Shown here: piece after piece, positions 21,601 to 36,600 of the stretch | Layout: each line of letters opens with the position of its first letter | Position numbering within the stretch: position 1 is the first letter of the stretch | Source of the DNA: Nemertoderma westbladi | Lineage: Eukaryota; Animalia; Xenacoelomorpha | Length of the DNA stretch: 64,000 bases | Reading direction: 5' to 3' | NCBI GenBank assembly: GCA_032718475.1 | Contig: JAUCBJ010001728.1 | Span: 1-64,000, forward strand | Notes under the pieces: generated by a model | The model's database searches: none | Seen by the model: only the letters and a program-made list of their open reading frames with translations | What the model was told of the DNA's origin: nothing | Position numbers and translations under genes: made by a program

Positions 21601-24600
21601 GTAGGGAAAGAACGTAGAGGCATTCATAGTAAATGTATGGAGTAGGGAATGAAGATCGTAGAGGCATTCATAGTAAATGTATGGAGTAGGGAGAGAACGT
21701 AGAGGCATTCATAGTAAATGTATGGAGGAGGGAATGAAGAACGTAGAGGCATTCATAGTAAATGTATGGAGGAGGGAATGAAGAACGTAGAGGCATTCAT
21801 AGTAAATGTATGGAGGAGGGAAAGAACGTAGAGGCATTCATAGTAAATGTATGGAGTAGGGAAAGAACGTAGAGGCATTCATAGTAAATGTATGGAGGAG
21901 GGAATGAAGAACGTAGAGGCATTCATAGTAAATGTATGGAGTAGGGAAAGAACGTAGAGGCATTCATAGTAAATGTATGGAGGAGGGAATGAAGAACGTA
22001 GAGGCATTCATAGTAAATGTATGGAGGAGGGAAAGAACGTAGAGGCATTCATAGTAAATGTATGGAGTAGGGAAAGAACGTAGAGGCATTCATAGTAAAT
22101 GTATGGAGGAGGGAATGAAGAACGTAGAGGCATTCATAGTAAATGTATGGAGGAGGGAAAGAACGTAGAGGCATTCATAGTAAATGTATGGAGTAGGGAA
22201 AGAACGTAGAGGCATTCATAGTAAATGTATGGAGTAGGGAATGAAGAACGTAGAGGCATTCATAGTAAATGTATGGAGTAGGGAAAGAACGTAGAGGCAT
22301 TCATAGTAAATGTATGGAGTAGGGAATGAAGAACGTAGAGGCATTCATAGTAAATGTATGGAGTAGGGAAAGAACGTAGAGGCATTCATAGTAAATGTAT
22401 GGAGTAGGGAATGAAGAACGTAGAGGCATTCATAGTAAATGTTTGGAGGAGGGAAAGAACGTAGAGGCATTCATAGTAAATGTATGGAGTAGGGAAAGAA
22501 CGTAGAGGCATTCATAGTAAATGTATGGAGTAGGGAAAGAACGTAGAGGCATTCATAGTAAATGTATGGAGTAGGGAAAGAACGTAGAGGCATTCATAGT
22601 AAATGTATGGAGTAGGGAAAGAACGTAGAGGCATTCCTAGTAAATGTATGGAGTAGGGAAAGAACGTAGAGGCATTCATAGTAAATGTATGGAGTAGGGA
22701 ATGAAGATCGTAGAGGCATTCATAGTAAATGTATGGAGTAGGGAGAGAACGTAGAGGCATTCATAGTAAATGTATGGAGGAGGGAATGAAGAACGTAGAG
22801 GCATTCATAGTAAATGTATGGAGGAGGGAATGAAGAACGTAGAGGCATTCATAGTAAATGTATGGAGGAGGGAAAGAACGTAGAGGCATTCATAGTAAAT
22901 GTATGGAGTAGGGAAAGAACGTAGAGGCATTCATAGTAAATGTATGGAGGAGGGAATGAAGAACGTAGAGGCATTCATAGTAAATGTATGGAGTAGGGAA
23001 AGAACGTAGAGGCATTCATAGTAAATGTATGGAGGAGGGAATGAAGAACGTAGAGGCATTCATAGTAAATGTATGGAGGAGGGAAAGAACGTAGAGGCAT
23101 TCATAGTAAATGTATGGAGGAGGGAAAGAACGTAGAGGCATTCATAGTAAATGTATGGAGTAGGGAAAGAACGTAGAGGCATTCATAGTAAATGTATGGA
23201 GGAGGGAATGAAGAACGTAGAGGCATTCATAGTAAATGTATGGAGTAGGGAAAGAACGTAGAGGCATTCATAGTAAATGTATGGAGGAGGGAATGAAGAA
23301 CGTAGAGGCATTCATAGTAAATGTATGGAGTAGGGAAAGAACGTAGAGGCATTCATAGTAAATGTATGGAGTAGGGAAAGAACGTAGAGGCATTCATAGT
23401 AAATGTATGGAGGAGGGAATGAAGAACGTAGAGGCATTCATAGTAAATGTATGGAGTAGGGAAAGAACGTAGAGGCATTCATAGTAAATGTATGGAGTAG
23501 GGAATGAAGAACGTAGAGGCATTCATAGTAAATGTATGGAGTAGGGAAAGAACGTAGAGGCATTCATAGTAAATGTATGGAGTAGGGAATGAAGAACGTA
23601 GAGGCATTCATAGTAAATGTATGGAGGAGGGAAAGAACGTAGAGGCATTCATAGTAAATGTATGGAGTAGGGAAAGAACGTAGAGGCATTCATAGTAAAT
23701 GTATGGAGGAGGGAAAGAACGTAGAGGCATTCATAGTAAATGTATGGAGTAGGGAAAGAACGTAGAGGCATTCATAGTAAATGTATGGAGTAGGGAATGA
23801 AGAACGTAGAGGCATTCATAGTAAATGTATGGAGGAGGGAAAGAACGTAGAGGCATTCATAGTAAATGTATGGAGTAGGGAAAGAACGTAGAGGCATTCA
23901 TAGTAAATGTATGGAGGAGGGAAAGAACGTAGAGGCATTCATAGTAAATGTATGGAGTAGGGAAAGAACGTAGAGGCATTCATAGTAAATGTATGGAGTA
24001 GGGAATGAAGAACGTAGAGGCATTCATAGTAAATGTATGGAGGAGGGAAAGAACGTAGAGGCATTCATAGTAAATGTATGGAGTAGGGAAAGAACGTAGA
24101 GGCATTCATAGTAAATGTATGGAGGAGGGAAAGAACGTAGAGGCATTCATAGTAAATGTATGGAGTAGGGAAAGAACGTAGAGGCATTCATAGTAAATGT
24201 ATGGAGTAGGGAATGAAGAACGTAGAGGCATTCATAGTAAATGTATGGAGGAGGGAAAGAACGTAGAGGCATTCATAGTAAATGTATGGAGTAGGGAAAG
24301 AACGTAGAGGCATTCATAGTAAATGTATGGAGGAGGGAATGAAGAACGTAGAGGCATTCATAGTAAATGAGTAGGGACGGAACGTAGAGGCATTCATAGT
24401 AAATGTATGGAGTAGGGAAAGAACGTAGAGGCATTCATAGTAAATGTATGGAGGAGGGAAAGAACGTAGAGGCATTCATAGTAAATGTATGGAGGAGGGA
24501 ATGAAGAACGTAGAGGCATTCATAGTAAATGTATGGAGTAGGGAAAGAACGTAGAGGCATTCATAGTAAATGTATGGAGTAGGGACGGAACGTAGAGGCA

Positions 24601-27600
24601 TTCATAGTAAATGTATGGAGTAGGGACGGAACGTAGAGGCATTCATAGTAAATGAGTAGGGACGGAACGTAGAGGCATTCATAGTAAATGTATGGAGTAG
24701 GGAAAGATCGTAGAGGCATTCATAGTAAATGTATGGAGGAGGGAAAGAACGTAGAGGCATTCATAGTAAATGTATGGAGGAGGGAAAGAACGTAGAGGCA
24801 TTCATAGTAAATGTATGGAGGAGGGAATGAAGAACGTAGAGGCATTCATAGTAAATGTATGAGTAGGGACGGAACGTAGAGGCATTCATAGTAAATGTAT
24901 GGAGTAGGGAAAGAACGTAGAGGCATTCATAGTAAATGTATGGAGGAGGGAAAGAACGTAGAGGCATTCATAGTAAATGTATGGAGGAGGGAATGAAGAA
25001 CGTAGAGGCATTCATAGTAAATGAGTAGGGACGGAACGTAGAGGCATTCATAGTAAATGTATGGAGTAGGGAAAGAACGTAGAGGCATTCATAGTAAATG
25101 TATGGAGGAGGGAAAGAACGTAGAGGCATTCATAGTAAATGTATGGAGGAGGGAATGAAGAACGTAGAGGCATTCATAGTAAATGTATGGAGTAGGGAAA
25201 GAACGTAGAGGCATTCATAGTAAATGTATGGAGTAGGGACGGAACGTAGAGGCATTCATAGTAAATGTATGGAGTAGGGAAAGATCGTAGAGGCATTCAT
25301 AGTAAATGAGTAGGGACGGAACGTAGAGGCATTCATAGTAAATGTATGGAGTAGGGAAAGAACGTAGAGGCATTCATAGTAAATGTATGGAGGAGGGAAA
25401 GAACGTAGAGGCATTCATAGTAAATGTATGGAGGAGGGAATGAAGAACGTAGAGGCATTCATAGTAAATGTATGGAGTAGGGAAAGAACGTAGAGGCATT
25501 CATAGTAAATGTATGGAGGAGGGAAAGAACGTAGAGGCATTCATAGTAAATGTATGGAGTAGGGACGGAACGTAGAGGCATTCATAGTAAATGTATGGAG
25601 TAGGGACGGAACGTAGAGGCATTCATAGTAAATGTATGGAGGAGGGAAAGAACGTAGAGGCATTCATAGTAAATGTATGGAGTAGGGAGAGAACGTAGAG
25701 GCATTCATAGTAAATGTATGGAGTAGGGAAAGAACGTAGAGGCATTCATAGTAAATGTATGGAGGAGGGAATGAGAACGTAGAGGCATTCATAGTAAATG
25801 TATGGAGGAGGGAATGAAGAACGTAGAGGCATTCATAGTAAATGTATGGAGGAGGGATGAAGAACGTAGAGGCATTCATAGTAAATGTATGGAGGAGGGA
25901 AAGAACGTAGAGGCATTCATAGTAAATGTATGGAGTAGGGACGGAACGTAGAGGCATTCATAGTAAATGTATGGAGTAGGGAAAGAACGTAGAGGCATTC
26001 ATAGTAAATGTATGGAGGAGGGAAAGAACGTAGAGGCATTCATAGTAAATGTATGGAGTAGGGAGAGAACGTAGAGGCATTCATAGTAAATGTATGGAGT
26101 AGGGAAAGAACGTAGAGGCATTCATAGTAAATGTATGGAGGAGGGAATGAAGAACGTAGAGGCATTCATAGTAAATGTATGGAGGAGGGAATGAAGAACG
26201 TAGAGGCATTCATAGTAAATGTATGGAGGAGGGAAAGAACGTAGAGGCATTCATAGTAAATGTATGGAGTAGGGAGAGAACGTAGAGGCATTCATAGTAA
26301 ATGTATGGAGGAGGGAATGAAGAACGTAGAGGCATTCATAGTAAATGTATGGAGGAGGGAAAGAACGTAGAGGCATTCATAGTAAATGTATGGAGTAGGG
26401 AGAGAACGTAGAGGCATTCATAGTAAATGTATGGAGTAGGGAAAGAACGTAGAGGCATTCATAGTAAATGTATGGAGGAGGGAATGAAGAACGTAGAGGC
26501 ATTCATAGTAAATGTATGGAGTAGGGAAAGAACGTAGAGGCATTCATAGTAAATGTATGGAGGAGGGAATGAAGAACGTAGAGGCATTCATAGTAAATGT
26601 ATGGAGGAGGGAAAGAACGTAGAGGCATTCATAGTAAATGTATGGAGTAGGGAGAGAACGTAGAGGCATTCATAGTAAATGTATGGAGTAGGGAAAGAAC
26701 GTAGAGGCATTCATAGTAAATGTATGGAGGAGGGAATGAAGAACGTAGAGGCATTCATAGTAAATGTATGGAGGAGGGAATGAAGAACGTAGAGGCATTC
26801 ATAGTAAATGTATGGAGGAGGGAATGAAGAACGTAGAGGCATTCATAGTAAATGTATGGAGGAGGGAAAGAACGTAGAGGCATTCATAGTAAATGTATGG
26901 AGGAGGGAATGAAGAACGTAGAGGCATTCATAGTAAATGTATGGAGTAGGGAAAGAACGTAGAGGCATTCATAGTAAATGTATGGAGTAGGGAAAGAACG
27001 TAGAGGCATTCATAGTAAATGTATGGAGGAGGGAATGAAGAACGTAGAGGCATTCATAGTAAATGTATGGAGGAGGGAAAGAACGTAGAGGCATTCATAG
27101 TAAATGTATGGAGTAGGGAAAGAACGTAGAGGCATTCATAGTAAATGTATGGAGGAGGGAATGAAGAACGTAGAGGCATTCATAGTAAATGTAGTGGAGG
27201 GACAGAACGTAGAGGCATTCATAGTAAATGTATGGAGTAGGGACGGAACGTAGAGGCATTCATAGTAAATGTATGGAGTAGGGACGGAACGTAGAGGCAT
27301 TCATAGTAAATGTATGGAGGAGGGAAAGAACGTAGAGGCATTCATAGTAAATGTATGGAGGAGGGAATGAAGAACGTAGAGGCATTCATAGTAAATGTAT
27401 GGAGGAGGGAAAGAACGTAGAGGCATTCATAGTAAATGTATGGAGTAGGGACGGAACGTAGAGGCATTCATAGTAAATGTATGGAGGAGGGAATGAAGAA
27501 CGTAGAGGCATTCATAGTAAATGTATGGAGGAGGGAAAGAACGTAGAGGCATTCATAGTAAATGTATGGAGGAGGGAATGAAGAACGTAGAGGCATTCAT

Positions 27601-30600
27601 AGTAAATGTATGGAGGAGGGAAAGAACGTAGAGGCATTCATAGTAAATGTATGGAGTAGGGACGGAACGTAGAGGCATTCATAGTAAATGTATGGAGGAG
27701 GGAATGAAGAACGTAGAGGCATTCATAGTAAATGTATGGAGGAGGGAAAGAACGTAGAGGCATTCATAGTAAATGTATGGAGGAGGGAAGAGAACGTAGA
27801 GGCATTCATAGTAAATGTATGGAGGAGGGAATGAAGAACGTAGAGGCATTCATAGTAAATGTATGGAGGAGGGAAAGAACGTAGAGGCATTCATAGTAAA
27901 TGTATGGAGGAGGGAAAGAACGTAGAGGCATTCATAGTAAATGTATGGAGGAGGGAAAGAACGTAGAGGCATTCATAGTAAATGTATGGAGTAGGGAAAG
28001 AACGTAGAGGCATTCATAGTAAATGTATGGAGTAGGGACGGAACGTAGAGGCATTCATAGTAAATGTATGGAGTAGGGACGGAACGTAGAGGCATTCATA
28101 GTAAATGTATGGAGTAGGGAAGGAACGTAGAGGCATTCATAGTAAATGTATGGAGTAGGGACGGAACGTAGAGGCATTCATAGTAAATGTATGGAGTAGG
28201 GACGGAACGTAGAGGCATTCATAGTAAATGTATGGAGTAGGGACGGAACGTAGAGGCATTCATAGTAAATGTATGGAGGAGGGAAAGAACGTAGAGGCAT
28301 TCATAGTAAATGTATGGAGGAGGGAATGAAGAACGTAGAGGCATTCATAGTAAATGTATGGAGGAGGGAAAGAACGTAGAGGCATTCATAGTAAATGTAT
28401 GGAGTAGGGACGGAACGTAGAGGCATTCATAGTAAATGTATGGAGGAGGGAATGAAGAACGTAGAGGCATTCATAGTAAATGTATGGAGGAGGGAAAGAA
28501 CGTAGAGGCATTCATAGTAAATGTATGGAGGAGGGAATGAAGAACGTAGAGGCATTCATAGTAAATGTATGGAGGAGGGAAAGAACGTAGAGGCATTCAT
28601 AGTAAATGTATGGAGTAGGGACGGAACGTAGAGGCATTCATAGTAAATGTATGGAGGAGGGAATGAAGAACGTAGAGGCATTCATAGTAAATGTATGGAG
28701 GAGGGAAAGAACGTAGAGGCATTCATAGTAAATGTATGGAGGAGGGAATGAAGAACGTAGAGGCATTCATAGTAAATGTATGGAGGAGGGAATGAAGAAC
28801 GTAGAGGCATTCATAGTAAATGTATGGAGGAGGGAAAGAACGTAGAGGCATTCATAGTAAATGTATGGAGGAGGGAAAGAACGTAGAGGCATTCATAGTA
28901 AATGTATGGAGGAGGGAAAGAACGTAGAGGCATTCATAGTAAATGTATGGAGTAGGGACGGAACGTAGAGGCATTCATAGTAAATGTATGGAGTAGGGAC
29001 GGAACGTAGAGGCATTCATAGTAAATGTATGGAGGAGGGAAAGAACGTAGAGGCATTCATAGTAAATGTATGGAGGAGGGAATGAAGAACGTAGAGGCAT
29101 TCATAGTAAATGAGTAGGGAAAGAACGTAGAGGCATTCATAGTAAATGTATGGAGTAGGGACGGAACGTAGAGGCATTCATAGTAAATGTATGGAGGAGG
29201 GAAAGAACGTAGAGGCATTCATAGTAAATGTATGGAGGAGGGAAAGATCGTAGAGGCATTCATAGTAAATGTATGGAGGAGGGAATGAAGAACGTAGAGG
29301 CATTCATAGTAAATGTATGGAGTAGGGAGAGAACGTAGAGGCATTCATAGTAAATGTATGGAGGAGGGAATGAAGAACGTAGAGGCATTCATAGTAAATG
29401 TATGGAGGAGGGAATGAAGAACGTAGAGGCATTCATAGTAAATGTATGGAGGAGGGAAAGAACGTAGAGGCATTCATAGTAAATGTATGGAGTAGGGAAA
29501 GAACGTAGAGGCATTCATAGTAAATGTATGGAGGAGGGAATGAAGAACGTAGAGGCATTCATAGTAAATGTATGGAGTAGGGAAAGAACGTAGAGGCATT
29601 CATAGTAAATGTATGGAGGAGGGAATGAAGAACGTAGAGGCATTCATAGTAAATGTATGGAGGAGGGAAAGAACGTAGAGGCATTCATAGTAAATGTATG
29701 GAGTAGGGAAAGAACGTAGAGGCATTCATAGTAAATGTATGGAGGAGGGAATGAAGAACGTAGAGGCATTCATAGTAAATGAGTAGGGACGGAACGTAGA
29801 GGCATTCATAGTAAATGTATGGAGGAGGGAAAGAACGTAGAGGCATTCATAGTAAATGTATGGAGGAGGGAAAGATCGTAGAGGCATTCATAGTAAATGT
29901 ATGGAGGAGGGAATGAAGAACGTAGAGGCATTCATAGTAAATGTATGGAGTAGGGAGAGAACGTAGAGGCATTCATAGTAAATGTATGGAGGAGGGAATG
30001 AAGAACGTAGAGGCATTCATAGTAAATGTATGGAGGAGGGAAGAAGAACGTAGAGGCATTCATAGTAAATGTATGGAGGAGGGAAAGAACGTAGAGGCAT
30101 TCATAGTAAATGTATGGAGTAGGGAAAGAACGTAGAGGCATTCATAGTAAATGTATGGAGGAGGGAATGAAGAACGTAGAGGCATTCATAGTAAATGTAT
30201 GGAGTAGGGAAGGAACGTAGAGGCATTCATAGTAAATGTATGGAGGAGGGAAAGAACGTAGAGGCATTCATAGTAAATGTATGGAGGAGGGAAAGAACGT
30301 AGAGGCATTCATAGTAAATGTATGGAGGAGGGAAAGATCGTAGAGGCATTCATAGTAAATGTATGGAGGAGGGAATGAAGAACGTAGAGGCATTCATAGT
30401 AAATGTATGGAGTAGGGACGGAACGTAGAGGCATTCATAGTAAATGTATGGAGGAGGGAAAGAACGTAGAGGCATTCATAGTAAATGTATGGAGGAGGGA
30501 AAGATCGTAGAGGCATTCATAGTAAATGTATGGAGGAGGGAATGAAGAACGTAGAGGCATTCATAGTAAATGTATGGAGTAGGGAGAGAACGTAGAGGCA

Positions 30601-33600
30601 TTCATAGTAAATGTATGGAGGAGGGAATGAAGAACGTAGAGGCATTCATAGTAAATGTATGGAGGAGGGAAAGAACGTAGAGGCATTCATAGTAAATGTA
30701 TGGAGGAGGGAAAGATCGTAGAGGCATTCATAGTAAATGTATGGAGGAGGGAATGAAGAACGTAGAGGCATTCATAGTAAATGTATGGAGTAGGGACGGA
30801 ACGTAGAGGCATTCATAGTAAATGTATGGAGGAGGGAAAGAACGTAGAGGCATTCATAGTAAATGTATGGAGGAGGGAAAGATCGTAGAGGCATTCATAG
30901 TAAATGTATGGAGGAGGGAATGAAGAACGTAGAGGCATTCATAGTAAATGTATGGAGTAGGGAGAGAACGTAGAGGCATTCATAGTAAATGTATGGAGGA
31001 GGGAATGAAGAACGTAGAGGCATTCATAGTAAATGTATGGAGGAGGGAATGAAGAACGTAGAGGCATTCATAGTAAATGTATGGAGGAGGGAAAGAACGT
31101 AGAGGCATTCATAGTAAATGTATGGAGTAGGGAAAGAACGTAGAGGCATTCATAGTAAATGTATGGAGGAGGGAATGAAGAACGTAGAGGCATTCATAGT
31201 AAATGTATGGAGTAGGGAAAGAACGTAGAGGCATTCATAGTAAATGTATGGAGGAGGGAATGAAGAACGTAGAGGCATTCATAGTAAATGTATGGAGGAG
31301 GGAAAGAACGTAGAGGCATTCATAGTAAATGTATGGAGTAGGGAAAGAACGTAGAGGCATTCATAGTAAATGTATGGAGGAGGGAATGAAGAACGTAGAG
31401 GCATTCATAGTAAATGAGTAGGGACGGAACGTAGAGGCATTCATAGTAAATGTATGGAGGAGGGAAAGAACGTAGAGGCATTCATAGTAAATGTATGGAG
31501 GAGGGAATGAAGAACGTAGAGGCATTCATAGTAAATGTATGGAGTAGGGACGGAACGTAGAGGCATTCATAGTAAATGTATGGAGTAGGGAGAGAACGTA
31601 GAGGCATTCATAGTAAATGTATGGAGGAGGGAATGAAGAACGTAGAGGCATTCATAGTAAATGTATGGAGTAGGGACGGAACGTAGAGGCATTCATAGTA
31701 AATGTATGGAGTAGGGAGAGAACGTAGAGGCATTCATAGTAAATGTATGGAGTAGGGAAAGAACGTAGAGGCATTCATAGTAAATGTATGGAGGAGGGAA
31801 AGATCGTAGAGGCATTCATAGTAAATGTATGGAGGAGGGAAAGAACGTAGAGGCATTCATAGTAAATGTATGGAGGAGGGAAAGATCGTAGAGGCATTCA
31901 TAGTAAATGTATGGAGGAGGGAAAGATCGTAGAGGCATTCATAGTAAATGTATGGAGGAGGGAAAGAACGTAGAGGCATTCATAGTAAATGTATGGAGGA
32001 GGGAAAGATCGTAGAGGCATTCATAGTAAATGTATGGAGGAGGGAAAGATCGTAGAGGCATTCATAGTAAATGTATGGAGGAGGGAAAGAACGTAGAGGC
32101 ATTCATAGTAAATGTATGGAGGAGGGAATGAAGAACGTAGAGGCATTCATAGTAAATGTATGGAGTAGGGACGGAACGTAGAGGCATTCATAGTAAATGT
32201 ATGGAGTAGGGAGAGAACGTAGAGGCATTCATAGTAAATGTATGGAGTAGGGAAAGAACGTAGAGGCATTCATAGTAAATGTATGGAGGAGGGAAAGATC
32301 GTAGAGGCATTCATAGTAAATGTATGGAGGAGGGAAAGATCGTAGAGGCATTCATAGTAAATGTATGGAGGAGGGAAAGATCGTAGAGGCATTCATAGTA
32401 AATGTATGGAGGAGGGAAAGAACGTAGAGGCATTCATAGTAAATGTATGGAGGAGGGAATGAAGAACGTAGAGGCATTCATAGTAAATGTATGGAGTAGG
32501 GACGGAACGTAGAGGCATTCATAGTAAATGTATGGAGTAGGGAGAGAACGTAGAGGCATTCATAGTAAATGTATGGAGTAGGGAAAGAACGTAGAGGCAT
32601 TCATAGTAAATGTATGGAGGAGGGAAAGATCGTAGAGGCATTCATAGTAAATGTATGGAGTAGGGAGAGAACGTAGAGGCATTCATAGTAAATGTATGGA
32701 GTAGGGAAAGAACGTAGAGGCATTCATAGTAAATGTATGGAGGAGGGAAAGATCGTAGAGGCATTCATAGTAAATGTATGGAGTAGGGAGAGAACGTAGA
32801 GGCATTCATAGTAAATGTATGGAGTAGGGAAAGAACGTAGAGGCATTCATAGTAAATGTATGGAGGAGGGAAAGAACGTAGAGGCATTCATAGTAAATGT
32901 ATGGAGTAGGGACGGAACGTAGAGGCATTCATAGTAAATGTATGGAGTAGGGAGAGAACGTAGAGGCATTCATAGTAAATGTATGGAGTAGGGAAAGAAC
33001 GTAGAGGCATTCATAGTAAATGTATGGAGGAGGGAAAGAACGTAGAGGCATTCATAGTAAATGTATGGAGTAGGGACGGAACGTAGAGGCATTCATAGTA
33101 AATGTATGGAGTAGGGAGAGAACGTAGAGGCATTCATAGTAAATGTATGGAGTAGGGAAAGAACGTAGAGGCATTCATAGTAAATGTATGGAGGAGGGAA
33201 AGATCGTAGAGGCATTCATAGTAAATGTATGGAGTAGGGAGAGAACGTAGAGGCATTCATAGTAAATGTATGGAGTAGGGAAAGAACGTAGAGGCATTCA
33301 TAGTAAATGTATGGAGGAGGGAAAGATCGTAGAGGCATTCATAGTAAATGTATGGAGTAGGGAGAGAACGTAGAGGCATTCATAGTAAATGTATGGAGTA
33401 GGGAAAGAACGTAGAGGCATTCATAGTAAATGTATGGAGGAGGGAAAGATCGTAGAGGCATTCATAGTAAATGTATGGAGTAGGGAGAGAACGTAGAGGC
33501 ATTCATAGTAAATGTATGGAGTAGGGAAAGAACGTAGAGGCATTCATAGTAAATGTATGGAGGAGGGAAAGATCGTAGAGGCATTCATAGTAAATGTATG

Positions 33601-36600
33601 GAGGAGGGAAAGAACGTAGAGGCATTCATAGTAAATGTATGGAGTAGGGAAAGAACGTAGAGGCATTCATAGTAAATGTATGGAGTAGGGAAAGAACGTA
33701 GAGGCATTCATAGTAAATGTATGGAGGAGGGAATGAAGATCGTAGAGGCATTCATAGTAAATGTATGGAGTAGGGAAAGAACGTAGAGGCATTCATAGTA
33801 AATGTATGGAGTAGGGAAAGAACGTAGAGGCATTCATAGTAAATGTATGGAGTAGGGAAAGAACGTAGAGGCATTCATAGTAAATGTATGGAGTAGGGAG
33901 AGAACGTAGAGGCATTCATAGTAAATGTATGGAGGAGGGAATGAAGATCGTAGAGGCATTCATAGTAAATGTATGGAGTAGGGAAAGAACGTAGAGGCAT
34001 TCATAGTAAATGTATGGAGTAGGGAAAGAACGTAGAGGCATTCATAGTAAATGTATGGAGTAGGGAAAGAACGTAGAGGCATTCATAGTAAATGTATGGA
34101 GGAGGGAATGAAGATCGTAGAGGCATTCATAGTAAATGTATGGAGTAGGGAAAGAACGTAGAGGCATTCATAGTAAATGTATGGAGTAGGGAAAGAACGT
34201 AGAGGCATTCATAGTAAATGTATGGAGTAGGGAATGAAGATCGTAGAGGCATTCATAGTAAATGTATGGAGTAGGGAAAGAACGTAGAGGCATTCATAGT
34301 AAATGTATGGAGTAGGGAATGAAGATCGTAGAGGCATTCATAGTAAATGTATGGAGGAGGGAATGAAGAACGTAGAGGCATTCATAGTAAATGTATGGAG
34401 GAGGGAATGAAGATCGTAGAGGCATTCATAGTAAATGTATGGAGTAGGGAATGAAGAACGTAGAGGCATTCATAGTAAATGTATGGAGGAGGGAATGAAG
34501 AACGTAGAGGCATTCATAGTAAATGTATGGAGGAGGGAATGAAGAACGTAGAGGCATTCATAGTAAATGTATGGAGTAGGGAATGAAGAACGTAGAGGCA
34601 TTCATAGTAAATGTATGGAGGAGGGAATGAAGAACGTAGAGGCATTCATAGTAAATGTATGGAGGAGGGAATGAAGAACGTAGAGGCATTCATAGTAAAT
34701 GTATGGAGTAGGGAAAGAACGTAGAGGCATTCATAGTAAATGTATGGAGGAGGGAATGAAGATCGTAGAGGCATTCATAGTAAATGTATGGAGTAGGGAA
34801 TGAAGAACGTAGAGGCATTCATAGTAAATGTATGGAGGAGGGAATGAAGAACGTAGAGGCATTCATAGTAAATGTATGGAGGAGGGAATGAAGAACGTAG
34901 AGGCATTCATAGTAAATGTATGGAGTAGGGAATGAAGAACGTAGAGGCATTCATAGTAAATGTATGGAGGAGGGAATGAAGAACGTAGAGGCATTCATAG
35001 TAAATGTATGGAGGAGGGAATGAAGAACGTAGAGGCATTCATAGTAAATGTATGGAGTAGGGAAAGAACGTAGAGGCATTCATAGTAAATGTATGGAGTA
35101 GGGAATGAAGATCGTAGAGGCATTCATAGTAAATGTATGGAGTAGGGAGAGAACGTAGAGGCATTCATAGTAAATGTATGGAGGAGGGAATGAAGAACGT
35201 AGAGGCATTCATAGTAAATGTATGGAGGAGGGAATGAAGAACGTAGAGGCATTCATAGTAAATGTATGGAGGAGGGAATGAAGATCGTAGAGGCATTCAT
35301 AGTAAATGTATGGAGTAGGGAGAGAACGTAGAGGCATTCATAGTAAATGTATGGAGGAGGGAATGAAGATCGTAGAGGCATTCATAGTAAATGTATGGAG
35401 GAGGGAATGAAGATCGTAGAGGCATTCATAGTAAATGTATGGAGTAGGGAGAGAACGTAGAGGCATTCATAGTAAATGTATGGAGGAGGGAAAGAACGTA
35501 GAGGCATTCATAGTAAATGTATGGAGGAGGGAATGAAGATCGTAGAGGCATTCATAGTAAATGTATAGAGTAGGGAAAGATCGTAGAGGCATTCATAGTA
35601 AATGTATGGAGTAGGGAAAGAACGTAGAGGCATTCATAGTAAATGTATGGAGTAGGGAAAGAACGTAGAGGAATTCATAGTAAATGTATGGAGTAGGGAA
35701 AGAACGTAGAGGCATTCATAGTAAATGTATGGAGTAGGGAAAGAACGTAGAGGCATTCATAGTAAATGTATGGAGTAGGGAGAGAACGTAGAGGCATTCA
35801 TAGTAAATGTATGGAGTAGGAAGAGAACGTAGAGGCATTCATAGTAAATGTATGGAGGAGGGAAAGAACGTAGAGGCATTCATAGTAAATGTATGGAGGA
35901 GGGAAAGAACGTAGAGGCATTCATAGTAAATGTATGGAGGAGGGAATGAAGATCGTAGAGGCATTCATAGTAAATGTATGGAGTAGGGAAAGATCGTAGA
36001 GGCATTCATAGTAAATGTATGGAGTAGGGAAAGAACGTAGAGGAATTCATAGTAAATGTATGGAGTAGGGAAAGAACGTAGAGGCATTCATAGTAAATGT
36101 ATGGAGTAGGGAAAGAACGTAGAGGCATTCATAGTAAATGTATGGAGGAGGGAAAGAACGTAGAGGCATTCATAGTAAATGTATGGAGGAGGGAATGAAG
36201 ATCGTAGAGGCATTCATAGTAAATGTATGGAGTAGGGAAAGAACGTAGAGGCATTCATAGTAAATGTATGGAGGAGGGAAAGAACGTAGAGGCATTCATA
36301 GTAAATGTATGGAGGAGGGAATGAAGATCGTAGAGGCATTCATAGTAAATGTATGGAGGAGGGAATGAAGATCGTAGAGGCATTCATAGTAAATGTATGG
36401 AGTAGGGAAAGAACGTAGAGGCATTCATAGTAAATGTATGGAGGAGGGAATGAAGAACGTAGAGGCATTCATAGTAAATGTATGGAGGAGGGAATGAAGA
36501 TCGTAGAGGCATTCATAGTAAATGTATGGAGGAGGGAAAGATCGTAGAGGCATTCATAGTAAATGTATGGAGTAGGGAAAGAAGATCGTAGAGGCATTCA

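Noticed and set aside
24850-30050. Isolated odd units (1-bp deletions near 24860, 25773, 25857, 27790, 30042; garbled unit at 27191-27210)
   Set aside because: Singletons in purine runs that are clustered in one region; as likely to be sequencing or consensus errors as real variants.
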